Below are positions 19,778 through 30,310 of a stretch of DNA of 64,000 nt, one piece after another. How positions within the stretch are numbered: position 1 is the first letter of the stretch; every line of letters starts with the position of its first letter. The notes under the pieces were generated by a model. That model was not told where the DNA came from. It searched no databases and saw nothing but the letters and a program-made list of their open reading frames with translations. Both the position numbers and the translations under genes were made by a program. The DNA is from Alphaproteobacteria bacterium (GTDB lineage Bacteria > Pseudomonadota > Alphaproteobacteria > UBA828), in contig CBDEFM010000002.1 of assembly GCA_965237415.1 (NCBI GenBank), positions 3,360,001 to 3,424,000 on the forward strand, read 5' to 3'.

Positions 19778-20559
19778 GGGCCCGGCTCGCCGACATCGAC
19801 GTCGGCTACACGCGCATGGGAGAGGGACCGACGGCGGTCATGCTCCACGGCCTTGCGGAGGACCGGAACAGCTGGGCGGATGTCCAGCGCCGACTGAGCG
19901 ATTTCACGACCTACGCCTACGACCTTCGCGGTCACGGCGAAACCGACCTGGGCGAGGCCGAGGGCTCGCTGGAACAGCTGGGCGGCGACCTCATTGCCTT
20001 CCTCGAGGCGTTGACGGGTCCCGCCGACTGCATCGGCTACTCGCTCGGCGGCGCCGTGGTCCTCTGGGTCGCGGCCAGGCGGCCCGATTTGGTGACCCGA
20101 GCCACGGTCGCCGGTACCTCGACCGTTGTCGGACGGCGCGCCGCCGGGTTCTTCCGCGACCGCATCGAGACGATTCGGAGCGATTTCTCCGGCTTTGGCA
20201 GCGTGCTGAAGGAGGATACGCGCCAGCAGCTCGTCGTCGCCGGCGACCGACTGGAAGAAGTCACGGCCCGACGCCTGAAAGCGATCGGCGCTGGGGATGG
20301 CTACGTCAATGCCGCCCGCGCGATGGCGCGACTCAACGAGGATCCGCTCACCCAGGTCCTGCCGGAAATCACCTGCCCGGTCCATGTGATCGGCGGCGAG
20401 GCCGACGTGTTCTGTCCGCGCAAGGCGGCGGAGATCATGATCGCCGCTCTGCGCCACGGAACCTATCACGAGGTGGCTCGGGCCGGGCATCTGATGAGCG
20501 TCGATCAACCCGAGGCCTATGCGCAGGCCATTCGCAACGCACTCGAAAGCAGCGCCTGA
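19774..20559 (+). CDS. alpha/beta hydrolase
   Basis: LHG, DLRGHG, GYSLGG nucleophile elbow, AGH. Confidence 0.9.
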   Translation: MRARLADIDVGYTRMGEGPTAVMLHGLAEDRNSWADVQRRLSDFTTYAYDLRGHGETDLGEAEGSLEQLGGDLIAFLEALTGPADCIGYSLGGAVVLWVAARRPDLVTRATVAGTSTVVGRRAAGFFRDRIETIRSDFSGFGSVLKEDTRQQLVVAGDRLEEVTARRLKAIGAGDGYVNAARAMARLNEDPLTQVLPEITCPVHVIGGEADVFCPRKAAEIMIAALRHGTYHEVARAGHLMSVDQPEAYAQAIRNALESSA

Positions 20560-21563
20560 TGGTGAAGAGGTTTGGAATTTCGAGAGGAGTCAGCCCGCGA
20601 GAGACGTTCGGCCAGGTCGGGGAGATCGCGAGGAAGGCCGAGGAACTCGGCTTCGAAGCACTGTGGTTCATCGATCATCAGCTCGGAATGAAGGACGTCT
20701 ATGCGGCGATGAACGTTGCGGCGATGGCGACCGGTTCGATCGAGATCGGTTGTGCGGTCACCAACCTTCGGACGCGTCATCCGACGGTCACCGCCAACGC
20801 CACGACCGCACTCGACGAGCTTTCCGATGGACGCGCCCTGCTGGGCCTCGGCGCGGGTTGGGTCGCCGTCCATTCCATCGGCGAGAAGCCGAACAGAATC
20901 GCCGAACTTCGGGAGGGCATAGAGCTGTTTCGCGAGCTGTTCTCGGGCGAGGAAATCGATTTTGCCGGCGCCAAGGGGCGGCTCGCCACCGCGCGCCGGC
21001 AGATCCCGATCTATCTCGCCGTCTCGCAGCCCCGCATGCTCGAGCTTTCGGGCGAGCTTTGCGACGGCGCCATCCTGATGGGGGCGGCTGACCCGGACTT
21101 CTGCAACTGGCAGATCGAACACATCTACCGGGGTCTTCGAAAGGCCGGGCGCAAGCGCGAGGACATCCTGATCGATCTCATCGTCACGATGAGTATCGAT
21201 GAGGATGCCGAACAGGCGGTCGACGACGTCCGTGCCTGGGCGACCAGCCAAGCCGCGACCTTCGCCGTTTGGAAGTCGATGCCGCCGGGGTGGGAACGCT
21301 TTCGACCCGAATTCAAGGCCGCCGAGGATGCCTACCACTTCGAGGAACACCTATCGCTGCGTGCCGAGCACAAGGAGATCGTGAGCGAGGAGTTCGTGCG
21401 TTCGGTGACGATATCCGGCGATCGGGATCATTGCCTCTCCCGACTGCTCGAACTCTCGACGGTCGACATCGATCGCATCAGCTTCGCCCTGCTCTCCAGA
21501 GGCCGCCTGCGTCGACTGGAAGAACTCGGCAAGCACGTGATCCCTCGGCTCAAAACGGATTAG
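20559..21563 (+). CDS. luciferase-like (LLM) flavin-dependent oxidoreductase
   Basis: AEELGFEALW, IGCAVTN..TRHP.VTA, LDELSDGRALLGLGAG. Confidence 0.88.
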   Translation: MVKRFGISRGVSPRETFGQVGEIARKAEELGFEALWFIDHQLGMKDVYAAMNVAAMATGSIEIGCAVTNLRTRHPTVTANATTALDELSDGRALLGLGAGWVAVHSIGEKPNRIAELREGIELFRELFSGEEIDFAGAKGRLATARRQIPIYLAVSQPRMLELSGELCDGAILMGAADPDFCNWQIEHIYRGLRKAGRKREDILIDLIVTMSIDEDAEQAVDDVRAWATSQAATFAVWKSMPPGWERFRPEFKAAEDAYHFEEHLSLRAEHKEIVSEEFVRSVTISGDRDHCLSRLLELSTVDIDRISFALLSRGRLRRLEELGKHVIPRLKTD

Positions 21564-21575
21564 ACGGAGGCAGAA

Positions 21576-22355
21576 GTGCCGGCGCGGAATGAACATGACG
21601 GAGAACGCCGGGTGGCACTCGTCACCGCGGCGGCCGGTGCCGGCATCGGCGCCGCGATTGCGCGCCAACTCGCCACCGACGGCTACGACGTGGTGATTAC
21701 GGACGCCCACGAACGCCGTTGCGACGCGTTCGCCAGCCAACTCGCCGATGAACACGGCAGAGAGTTCCTGTCGATGCCGCTCGATGTGACCGATTTCGAC
21801 GCGGTGGGCGCCGTCACCCACGCCGTCGTCGGGCGGCGCGGCCGGATTGACGCCCTCGTCAACAACGCAGGGTGGAGCAAGATCGAGCCGGTCGCCGAGA
21901 TGACGCCCGACACTTGGCGGCGCTGCTTGGATGTCGACTTGAACGGCACCTTTTACGCTATGCGTCACGTACTCCCGCACATGATCGCGCGAGGCTCGGG
22001 GGCCATCGTCAACATCTCGTCGATTGCGGCCTGGGAAACGACGACCGAGCACGGCGCCGCCTATTCCGCGGCCAAGGCGGGGATTCTGGCGCTCACACGG
22101 GTCGCCGCCGCCGAGAACGGCCGGCATGGCATCCGCGTGAATGCCGTGGCGCCCGGGCTGATCTACAACGACTTTCTGCGCCGGATCTACCCCGACACGT
22201 TCTTTGACGGCTACGCGGAATCGCGGTCTCTGGTCGGCCGCGTCGGACAGCCCGGGGACATAGCGAATCTCGTTTCGTTCCTCATCAGCGACCGGGCCGG
22301 ATACATCACCGGGGAGGTGTATGGCATCAGCGGAGGCGTGTCTCCGAATGCCTGA
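21576..22355 (+). CDS. short-chain dehydrogenase/reductase
   Basis: TAAAGAGIG, VNNAG, YSAAK, VNAVAPG. Confidence 0.92.
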   Translation: MPARNEHDGERRVALVTAAAGAGIGAAIARQLATDGYDVVITDAHERRCDAFASQLADEHGREFLSMPLDVTDFDAVGAVTHAVVGRRGRIDALVNNAGWSKIEPVAEMTPDTWRRCLDVDLNGTFYAMRHVLPHMIARGSGAIVNISSIAAWETTTEHGAAYSAAKAGILALTRVAAAENGRHGIRVNAVAPGLIYNDFLRRIYPDTFFDGYAESRSLVGRVGQPGDIANLVSFLISDRAGYITGEVYGISGGVSPNA

Positions 22356-23748
22356 TTGCAGCAGCGAGAGCCCGATCTTCTGGCCGATCGCATCCCTGAT
22401 CGAGTCCTACCGAGAGGGCCTGTTGTCGCCGGTCGAGGTGGCGGATGAGGTGCTCGCGAGAATCGATCGACTGAATCCATCGCTTCATGCCTATCTCGTC
22501 CGCTTCGACGATCTCACGCGCCGGCAGGCGCGCGAGGCCGAGGCCGCCTACCGGGCCGGCCGGGCGTTGCCGCTAAGCGGCGTGCCGATTTCGATCAAGG
22601 ACACCTACCCGCTTGCCGGGGCGGTGACGACCTTCGGTTCGGTCGTGCACCGCCATAACCTCACGCGGCAGGACAGCGGGGTTGTTCGCCGGCTGAGAGC
22701 CTCGGGCGCCGTGTTCACTGGCAAGACCAACACCGCCGAATTCGGCCAGTCGGCGACCAGCGACAACCGCCTCGGGCCGGAGGCCTGCAACCCGTGGGAT
22801 ACCACGCGCACGCTGGGCGGCTCGAGCGGCGGCGCGGCGGTTTCGATCGCGGCCGGACTTGCCAGCGTCGCGCTTGCCGCCGACGGCGGCGGGTCGATCC
22901 GCATTCCGGCATCGTTCACCGGATTGCTCGGATTCAAACCCACCTACGGCCTTTGCCCCGACGAAGGCGGCCTGCCGGCGATGTCGGATTTCGTTTGCCC
23001 AGGTCCATTGGCAAGGCGCGCGGCCGATGCGCGGGCGTTCCTGGGCGCGCTTCTCGGTCGCAGGATGAGCCGTGCCAGCGCGGGGAGAGGGTTACGCATT
23101 GCCTGGTGCCCGCGCCCCGAAGGACGCCCCGTCGACCCTGGCGTCGCGGCGACCGTCAGTGCCGCCGTCGCGAGTCTCGGGGCCCTGGGCCATGAGGTCG
23201 TCGACACCGCGTTGCCCCTCGAAGGATGGAACCAAGCCTTTGGGCCGCTCGTCCTCGCCGAAGAACGCCGTGAGCGCGGTGACCTGCTCCACCGGTTCCC
23301 GGACGTGCTGAGCGACTATGTACGCAAGTCGCTGGTGGCGGCACGGACGCTCAGCGACGACGAAATTGCTGCTGGCCGCGCGGCGCATCGCAGCTATCGC
23401 GCCCGCATTGCGGCGCTGTTCGAAACCTGGGACGCGATCGCGACACCGGCAACGGCCGTCACCGCTTTTCCCTTCGATAGGCGGCCGAAGCGGATCGCCG
23501 GCCGCGAGGTCGACTGGCTTTGGGGCGCATTCCCCTTCGCCGTGCCGTTCAATGTCTCCGGCAATCCCGCCGCATCGCTGCCGTGCGGGCTCGCCGACGG
23601 TCTGCCCGTGGGTCTGCAACTCGTCATGCCGTTGAACGAGGACGAGAGACTTCTCGATCTTGCCGAAGATGTGGAAGAGGCGATCGCATTCGACTGGAGC
23701 CTGATGGGCGATCCAGCGCCGCGGCCGGCGGTGGGGGCGGCTTCGTGA
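22348..23748 (+). CDS. amidase (amidase-signature family)
   Basis: GVPISIKD, GGSSGG, DGGGSIRIPAS (Lys-Ser-Ser triad). Confidence 0.92.
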   Translation: MPDCSSESPIFWPIASLIESYREGLLSPVEVADEVLARIDRLNPSLHAYLVRFDDLTRRQAREAEAAYRAGRALPLSGVPISIKDTYPLAGAVTTFGSVVHRHNLTRQDSGVVRRLRASGAVFTGKTNTAEFGQSATSDNRLGPEACNPWDTTRTLGGSSGGAAVSIAAGLASVALAADGGGSIRIPASFTGLLGFKPTYGLCPDEGGLPAMSDFVCPGPLARRAADARAFLGALLGRRMSRASAGRGLRIAWCPRPEGRPVDPGVAATVSAAVASLGALGHEVVDTALPLEGWNQAFGPLVLAEERRERGDLLHRFPDVLSDYVRKSLVAARTLSDDEIAAGRAAHRSYRARIAALFETWDAIATPATAVTAFPFDRRPKRIAGREVDWLWGAFPFAVPFNVSGNPAASLPCGLADGLPVGLQLVMPLNEDERLLDLAEDVEEAIAFDWSLMGDPAPRPAVGAAS

Positions 23749-24494
23749 GCGGGCGTGTGGCCACGTGGTCGCACGACGGTGTGCTCGAGGTTACCTTCGA
23801 GAACGCTCGACGCCGGAACGCGCTTTCCCGCACGCTTCTGTCGGCGCTCAGTCGGGCGATTGACGATGCCCGCGCAGGCGACTTCCGGGTGGTGGTTCTC
23901 GCCGGCGCGGGCGACGGGTTCAGCGCCGGCGCCGATCTCGCCGACCTGAAGGGCACGATCGACGACCGTGCCGTGGACGACGCCATACAGGGTGTCGCCG
24001 AATCTATTCGCGATTGCCCGGCACCGGTCATCGCGGCCGTCGAGGGTCCGTGTATCGGCGGCGCGCTTGAATTGGCGCTGAACTGCGATGCCATCGTGGC
24101 CGCCGAGGGTGCGTATTTCGCGCTTCCCGCGACGCATCTCGGCTTGCTTTACGATCCACGTGCCGTGGCGCGCCTCCGCCTTCGCTTGAATCCTGCCGCT
24201 CTGAGATGGCTGCTTCTGCTTGGCGAGCAGATCGATGCCCATACCGGGGCGGCGATGGGCCTGGTTGCCTGTGTCGTCCGCGAGGGCACCTCCAGGGCCG
24301 AGGCGCGGGCGCTGGCCGAGCGGGTATCGGCTCGCTCACCACACGCCGTCGCGGCAACCAAGAAGCTGCTCAACGAGTTCGAGCAGGGCTGCGCCCGGCT
24401 CGACGAGTGGGAACGCGCGCGCCTCGACATCCTCGACTCGACCGAGCGACGCGAGCGGGTCGAACAGGCGAAGGTGCGTCTGGGGCTGGCGTGA
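23745..24494 (+). CDS. enoyl-CoA hydratase/isomerase family protein
   Basis: RNALS, FSAGADL, PVIAAVEGPCIGGALELA. Confidence 0.9.
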   Translation: MSGRVATWSHDGVLEVTFENARRRNALSRTLLSALSRAIDDARAGDFRVVVLAGAGDGFSAGADLADLKGTIDDRAVDDAIQGVAESIRDCPAPVIAAVEGPCIGGALELALNCDAIVAAEGAYFALPATHLGLLYDPRAVARLRLRLNPAALRWLLLLGEQIDAHTGAAMGLVACVVREGTSRAEARALAERVSARSPHAVAATKKLLNEFEQGCARLDEWERARLDILDSTERRERVEQAKVRLGLA

Positions 24495-24675
24495 TCGGCT
24501 CGCTCGGATCGCGCTCATGACGAACGGGAGGGACCCGATGAAATGATGACGTCGAGATCATATCGCCCCGTCACCGGACACCGGGTCCGGAACGGTCGCC
24601 ATCGTGGCGCGGCTCTCAAGGAATTCGTCTGACAAGCGAGTACCGCGCGAGATTCTGGTTCATTGGGAGGAGAAG

Positions 24676-25902
24676 ATGAGACCTTTCAAGGCGCTTCTAA
24701 CAGCGACCAGCGCCGCCGCCGTGATCGCGGCCGGCGTCGCGGTCGGGTCCGCGTTCGGGTCCGCCGAGGCAGAGACCATTCGCATCGGCGACATCAATTC
24801 GTACACGCGGCTGCCGGCACACACGGTTCCCTACCGGCAAGGGGCAATTCTCGCGATCGAGGAGGTCAACCGCTCGGGCGGCGTGCTCGGGCGCGAGCTC
24901 GAGCTCATATCGCACGACGATCAGGGGAAACCGGGCGAGGCGGTCAAGGTGGCCGAGCGGCTCTTCGCCCGCGACAAGGTGGCCCTGATCTCGGGCTCGC
25001 TGTTCAGCCACGTCGGGTTGGCGCTGACCGCCTACGCCAAGCAGAGCAAGCAATTGTACATCGCGGCCGAGCCGCTGGCCGACGCCCTGGTCTGGGCTCA
25101 GGGCAACCGCTACACCTTCCGGCTGCGCCCGTCGACCTACATGCAGGCGGCAATGCTCGCCGCCGAGGTGGCGAAGGTCGAGGACGCCAAGCGTTGGGCA
25201 ACCATCGCGCCCAACTATGCCTACGGCAAGGATGCTGTCGCGGCGTTCCAGAGGGTGTTGACAGAGTTGCGACCGGATGTGGAGTTCGTCGGTTCGCAAT
25301 GGCCGGCGCTGTTCAAGATCGACGCCGGGGCCGAGGTCGAGGCGCTCAAGCGCCTGGAACCGGACGCGATCTACAATGTCACCTTTGGCAGCGATCTCGC
25401 CAAGTTCGTGCGCGAGGGCAGGTTGCGCGGCCTCTTCGAGGGGCGACTGATGGTCGGATTGCTGACCGGCGAGCCCGAATACATCGATCCCCTGAAGGAC
25501 GAGGCACCCGAGGGCTGGCTGGTTACCGGTTACCCCTGGTACGACATCGAGACTCCGGCGCACAAGGCGTTCGTGGACGCCTATCAGCAGCGTTGGGACG
25601 ACTATCCGCGGATCGGCTCGGTCGTCGGCTACAACACGATGCTGGCCATCAAGGCAATGTTTGAACGGGCCGGCTCGACCGACACGGAGAAGATGGTCGA
25701 TGCCATGGAAGGGCTGAGTTACGAGTCGCCGACCGGGCCCATCACGTTTCGGGCGATCGATCATCAATCGACAATGGGGGCCTATGTCGGCTGGACCAAG
25801 TTGCGCGACGGAAAGGGCGTCATGGTCGACTGGAAATACCTCGACGGCGCCGACTACCTGCCGTCGGATGACGAGGTCCGGAAACTGCGCAGCGGAGGCT
25901 GA
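24676..25902 (+). CDS. ABC transporter substrate-binding protein (LivJ/LivK-like)
   Basis: signal peptide, IRIGDINSY, AIEEVN..GGVLGR.LEL...DD, PNYAYG. Confidence 0.92.
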   Translation: MRPFKALLTATSAAAVIAAGVAVGSAFGSAEAETIRIGDINSYTRLPAHTVPYRQGAILAIEEVNRSGGVLGRELELISHDDQGKPGEAVKVAERLFARDKVALISGSLFSHVGLALTAYAKQSKQLYIAAEPLADALVWAQGNRYTFRLRPSTYMQAAMLAAEVAKVEDAKRWATIAPNYAYGKDAVAAFQRVLTELRPDVEFVGSQWPALFKIDAGAEVEALKRLEPDAIYNVTFGSDLAKFVREGRLRGLFEGRLMVGLLTGEPEYIDPLKDEAPEGWLVTGYPWYDIETPAHKAFVDAYQQRWDDYPRIGSVVGYNTMLAIKAMFERAGSTDTEKMVDAMEGLSYESPTGPITFRAIDHQSTMGAYVGWTKLRDGKGVMVDWKYLDGADYLPSDDEVRKLRSGG

Positions 25903-25994
25903 GCCGGCGCATCGTCAGGGGCCGGGCAGCCGGCCCCTGACGCTGGTGCCGGGAATAAAAGTAGTCTGAGCGAGAGAGCCGGAAGAGCCGGAGC

Positions 25995-27935
25995 GTGGCG
26001 GATTTCATTGTCAGCTTACTGACGGGGTTGTCCAGCGCCTCAGCCATGTTCCTGGTCGCGTCGGGGTTGTCGATCATCTTCGGGGTGACCCGGATCGTGA
26101 ACTTCGCCCACGGCTCGTTCTACATGCTGGGCGCCTACATCGGATACACGTTGGTCCAGACGATCGGCTCCACGGGGATCGGCTTTTGGGCTGCCGTCCT
26201 GATTGCCGCCGTCGCCGTCGGCGTGATCGGCGTGGTCATGGAGATCCTGCTGCTTCGTCGGATCTACAAGGCGCCGGAGCTTTTTCAGCTGATCGCGACC
26301 TTCGGGGTCATCTTGGTAATCCAGGACGTGACTCTATGGGTCTGGGGATCGGAGGACCTCGTCGGCCCGCAGGCCCCTGGCCTCAAGGGCGCAGTCAATA
26401 TCCTCGGCAAGCCGATTCCCGAATACGATCTGGCCCTGATCGCGATATCGCCGCTGGTGCTGATCGGCTTGTGGGCGCTGTTCAAACTGACACGCTGGGG
26501 CACGCTGGTCCGGGCCGCGACGCAGGACCGGCAGATGGTGGCGGCGCTGGGCGTCAACCAACGCTGGTTGTTTACCGGTGTTCTGTTTCTCGGCTCCGCT
26601 CTCGCCGGGCTGGGTGGCGCCGTTCAGATCCCCAAGGGCGGCGCCGACCTGCTGATGGATTTCAATATCCTCGCCGTCGCATTCGTCGTGGTCGTCGTGG
26701 GCGGCATGGGCAGCATTTTCGGCGCCTTCTGGGCCGCGGTGCTGTTCGGCGTCCTCCAGACCTTCGGCATCCAGATACTGCCGAACTCGACGCTGGTGCT
26801 GATGTTCCTGGTCATGGCGGTGGTCCTGATCTTCCGGCCGTGGGGGCTGCTCGGTATGCCGGAAACATTGGGTCAAGCGCCCCCCGGTCCACCCGAGCAG
26901 CCACTGCGTCCGGCCTTGCCGCGGGTACGCGCATTGGGCGGCGCGGCTACCGCGGTGCTCCTCGTGCTTCCGATCGTGCATATCGTCTTCCCCGAGGTGG
27001 TCGGCACTTTCACATTGGTTCTGGTGATCGAGATCATGGTCTTTGTGCTGTTCGCGGCGGCGCTCCATTTCATCATGGGCCCGGGCGGGATGGTCAGCTT
27101 CGGCCACGCCGCATATTTCGGTGGCGGTGCTTATGCGGCCGCGCTCCTGGTGAAGTTCGCGGATGCACCGTTCGAGCTCGCGTTTTGGGCCGCGCCGGTC
27201 GGCGGGGCGCTGCTTGCTTTTCTGTTCGGCTGGTTCTGCGTGCGTCTGAGCGGTGTCTACTTTGCGATGTTGACGCTCGCCTTCGCGCAGATCGCATGGG
27301 CGTTCGTGTTTCAGGACATGCCGGGCAGCGTGCTCAAGATGTTTGGGATCGCAGACGAGTTCGGCACGCCGCTCAAGATAACCGGCGGTGACGACGGCCT
27401 GAACGACATCTGGCCGTCGCAATGGGCGAGTACGCGTATCTCATACTACTACATCACCGTGGGACTCAGCGTGGCCGCGCTCTGGATCATGCGGCGGTTC
27501 TTATATGCGCCGTTCGGCTATACCTTGCGCGCCGGTCGCGACTCGCCGTTGCGGGCAGCCGCGATCGGGATCGATCTCACGCGCCATCGTTGGCTGGCCT
27601 TTGCGGTCTCCGGCGCGTTTACAGGCCTTGCCGGTGCCCTGTTCCTGTTCTCGAAGGGCAGTATCTTCCCAACCACGCTGGAAATCGCGCGCTCCTTCGA
27701 CGCTTTGTTGATGGTGCTCTTCGGCGGCGTGCAGTCGCTGTTCGGCCCGATCTTCGGCGCCGCCGCCCTAACCTGGCTCAACGATCTATTCAGCGTCCTC
27801 AGCTATTGGCGGTTCCTGCTTGGTGTGACCATCATCGCCCTGGTGCTGCTGCTTCCCCAGGGGCTCGCCGGTTTCGCCGGCACGCGGCTGGGCCGGCGAC
27901 TCCGGCTGGCGCGGCCGGAGGAAATGGCGGCATGA
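25995..27935 (+). CDS. fused LivH/LivM ABC permease
   Basis: GLSIIFG...NFAHG, VVVGGMGS and SFGHAAYFG halves; 646 aa. Confidence 0.92.
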   Translation: MADFIVSLLTGLSSASAMFLVASGLSIIFGVTRIVNFAHGSFYMLGAYIGYTLVQTIGSTGIGFWAAVLIAAVAVGVIGVVMEILLLRRIYKAPELFQLIATFGVILVIQDVTLWVWGSEDLVGPQAPGLKGAVNILGKPIPEYDLALIAISPLVLIGLWALFKLTRWGTLVRAATQDRQMVAALGVNQRWLFTGVLFLGSALAGLGGAVQIPKGGADLLMDFNILAVAFVVVVVGGMGSIFGAFWAAVLFGVLQTFGIQILPNSTLVLMFLVMAVVLIFRPWGLLGMPETLGQAPPGPPEQPLRPALPRVRALGGAATAVLLVLPIVHIVFPEVVGTFTLVLVIEIMVFVLFAAALHFIMGPGGMVSFGHAAYFGGGAYAAALLVKFADAPFELAFWAAPVGGALLAFLFGWFCVRLSGVYFAMLTLAFAQIAWAFVFQDMPGSVLKMFGIADEFGTPLKITGGDDGLNDIWPSQWASTRISYYYITVGLSVAALWIMRRFLYAPFGYTLRAGRDSPLRAAAIGIDLTRHRWLAFAVSGAFTGLAGALFLFSKGSIFPTTLEIARSFDALLMVLFGGVQSLFGPIFGAAALTWLNDLFSVLSYWRFLLGVTIIALVLLLPQGLAGFAGTRLGRRLRLARPEEMAA

Positions 27936-28720
27936 GTGTGGCGCAGCACGAGCGCGTTCCGGTGCTTGAGGTCGAAGCGCTGAGCAAGTCGTTCGGCGGG
28001 GTGCGGGCGGTGGAGCGGGTCTCGTTCACGCTCTCGTCGAGCGAGCTCCTGGCCATGATAGGACCCAATGGCGCGGGCAAGACGACCTGCTTCAACATGG
28101 TGAACGGCCAGCTCCGGCCCGATGCCGGCTCGGTACGGCTCAACGGTCGAAGCATTCTGGGCCTGCCACCCCAGTCTATCTGGCGGCTCGGCGTCGGGCG
28201 GACATTCCAGATCACCGCGACCTTCGCGTCGATGACCGTGCGCGAAAATGTGCAAATGGTGTTGATCAACTACCATCGCCGATCGCGGGCATTGTGGCGG
28301 CCGGCGAAGAACCACTACGTCGACGAGGCCATGACGTTGCTGGAACGCGTCGGCATGGACCAGCAATACGACAGAGCCTGTGGGGTGCTGGCCTATGGCG
28401 ACCTCAAGCGGGTCGAGCTTGCGATCGCGCTGGCGAACGAACCCAAACTCCTGCTCATGGACGAACCGACCGCGGGCATGGCGCCCAGGGAACGCATGGA
28501 GTTGATGCAGCTCACCGCCGAGATCGTGCAGGAACGAGGCATCGCCGCTCTCTTCACCGAACACGACATGGACGTGGTCTTCACCCACGCCGACCGAATC
28601 ATGGTGCTGGATCGGGGAGAGCTGATTTCCGAAGGCCCGCCGATGGCGGTGCGGTCGAACAAGAAAGTCCAAGAGATCTATTTGGGCAGCGGCACCATGC
28701 ATGGCGTCGAACTCTCATGA
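27932..28720 (+). CDS. ABC ATP-binding protein (LivG-like)
   Basis: GPNGAGKT, RTFQ, MDEPTAG, EHDMD. Confidence 0.93.
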   Translation: MSVAQHERVPVLEVEALSKSFGGVRAVERVSFTLSSSELLAMIGPNGAGKTTCFNMVNGQLRPDAGSVRLNGRSILGLPPQSIWRLGVGRTFQITATFASMTVRENVQMVLINYHRRSRALWRPAKNHYVDEAMTLLERVGMDQQYDRACGVLAYGDLKRVELAIALANEPKLLLMDEPTAGMAPRERMELMQLTAEIVQERGIAALFTEHDMDVVFTHADRIMVLDRGELISEGPPMAVRSNKKVQEIYLGSGTMHGVELS

Positions 28721-29442
28721 CCGTGGCGACAGGCGCCAGAGTCCTCGAGTTGACCGGTGTCGACACCTTCTACGGTCGGGCGCAGATCCTGTCCGAAGTT
28801 TCGCTCGAGGTTCGTCGAAGCGAGGTCGTGGCGCTGCTCGGCCGCAACGGCGCAGGCAAGTCGACGACGATCAAGTCGATCATCGGCCTGGTCCGACTCG
28901 CGAAGGGCGAGATCTCCTTCGAGGGGAAGCCGATACAGGGATTGGAACCGTTCCAAATCAGCCGTCTCGGACTGGGATACGTACCCGAGGACCGGCGAGT
29001 GTTCACCAGCCTGACCGTCGCCGAGAACCTCGAGGTCGGTCGCCAGCCCCGGCGCGAGAATGCGCCGGAATGGACGCACGACAAGCTTTTCGCGTTGTTT
29101 CCCAACCTCGCGGCGATGAGCGACCGGCTCGGTGGCTTGATGAGCGGAGGGGAACAACAGATGCTGACCATCGCGCGCACGCTGATGGGCAACCCAACGA
29201 CCATGCTGCTCGACGAGCCGTCCGAGGGTCTCGCACCCGTCATCGTCGAGCAGGTGGCGAAGACCATCCTCGATCTCAAGGCGCAGGGCCTGTCGATCCT
29301 GCTCTCCGAACAGAACCTCCATTTGTCGACCCTCGTTTCGGATCGCGCCTACATTATCGAAAAGGGCCGCATCCGCTACGAGGGGTCGATGACGGAACTT
29401 GCCGAGAACGAGGAGATCCGCGCCGCTTACCTCATGGTCTGA
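28717..29442 (+). CDS. ABC ATP-binding protein (LivF-like)
   Basis: GRNGAGKST, MSGGEQQML, LDEPSEGLAP. Confidence 0.93.
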   Translation: MTVATGARVLELTGVDTFYGRAQILSEVSLEVRRSEVVALLGRNGAGKSTTIKSIIGLVRLAKGEISFEGKPIQGLEPFQISRLGLGYVPEDRRVFTSLTVAENLEVGRQPRRENAPEWTHDKLFALFPNLAAMSDRLGGLMSGGEQQMLTIARTLMGNPTTMLLDEPSEGLAPVIVEQVAKTILDLKAQGLSILLSEQNLHLSTLVSDRAYIIEKGRIRYEGSMTELAENEEIRAAYLMV

Positions 29443-29491
29443 AAAGCGCAAACCAGCGCCTCGGCGGCGGCATAGAGGAGAACGCGATCCC

Positions 29492-30283
29492 ATGGAGCTC
29501 AAGGACCTGGCCGGGCAGGATCTTGGCACCCGAACCATCGCCTACGACGCACGCGACGCGATACTCTATGCGCTCGCCGTCGGGGCCTCGAGCGATGAGA
29601 CGGACCTCGTCTACGAGCGGGACCTCAGGGTGTTGCCGACCTATGCCTGTGCCCTCGGTCTTTGGGCGGTCGAGAAGGCAGGCGGCCTCGGTGCCTATGA
29701 CCGGAACATGTCGCTCCATGCCGCCCAGAGCCTGGAGCTGCATGCGCCGATGCCGCGCAGCGGCTCGTTCGAGGCTCGCGGGTGGATCGCCGAGGTATGG
29801 GATAAGGGCAAAGCAGCGATTGTCACAATCGTCGTGGAGTGCGAGATCTTCACAGCGCGCTACGGCATCTTCCTACCGGGGCGCGGAGGTTGGGGAGGCG
29901 AGCGGGGGCCGTCGGCTTCGTCTCAGGAATGCCACCCGTCCTGGCAAGGCCGCCACGCGACCGATCGTAGCCGGGCGGCGCTTTACCGACTGACCGGCGA
30001 CCTGCATCCGATCCACATCGACAGCGAGGTCGCGCGCGCCAACGGCTTCGATCGACCGATCCTGCACGGCCTTTGCACGCTCGGAATCGCGGCGCGAATG
30101 CTCGCCGAGCCGGCAGGAGCTCATCCGGGCGAACTCAGGCGCCTCGAGGCGCGCCTCGCGGCGCCGGTGATGCCGGGGGATGCGATCGACGTGACCGCGG
30201 ATGGTAATGCCGCCGGGCTGTTCTTCCAGGCGAAGGTTGGAGAGATCGCGGTCCTCACAGGCGGGCGTGCGGTCTTCGGCTGA
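29492..30283 (+). CDS. MaoC-family (R-specific) enoyl-CoA hydratase
   Basis: ILYALAVGA and YRLTGDLHPIHID...AGFDRPILHGLCT hydratase-2 motif. Confidence 0.9.
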   Translation: MELKDLAGQDLGTRTIAYDARDAILYALAVGASSDETDLVYERDLRVLPTYACALGLWAVEKAGGLGAYDRNMSLHAAQSLELHAPMPRSGSFEARGWIAEVWDKGKAAIVTIVVECEIFTARYGIFLPGRGGWGGERGPSASSQECHPSWQGRHATDRSRAALYRLTGDLHPIHIDSEVARANGFDRPILHGLCTLGIAARMLAEPAGAHPGELRRLEARLAAPVMPGDAIDVTADGNAAGLFFQAKVGEIAVLTGGRAVFG

Positions 30284-30310
30284 CATTGCGGGATCGAGAG
30301 CCCCCGGTCC

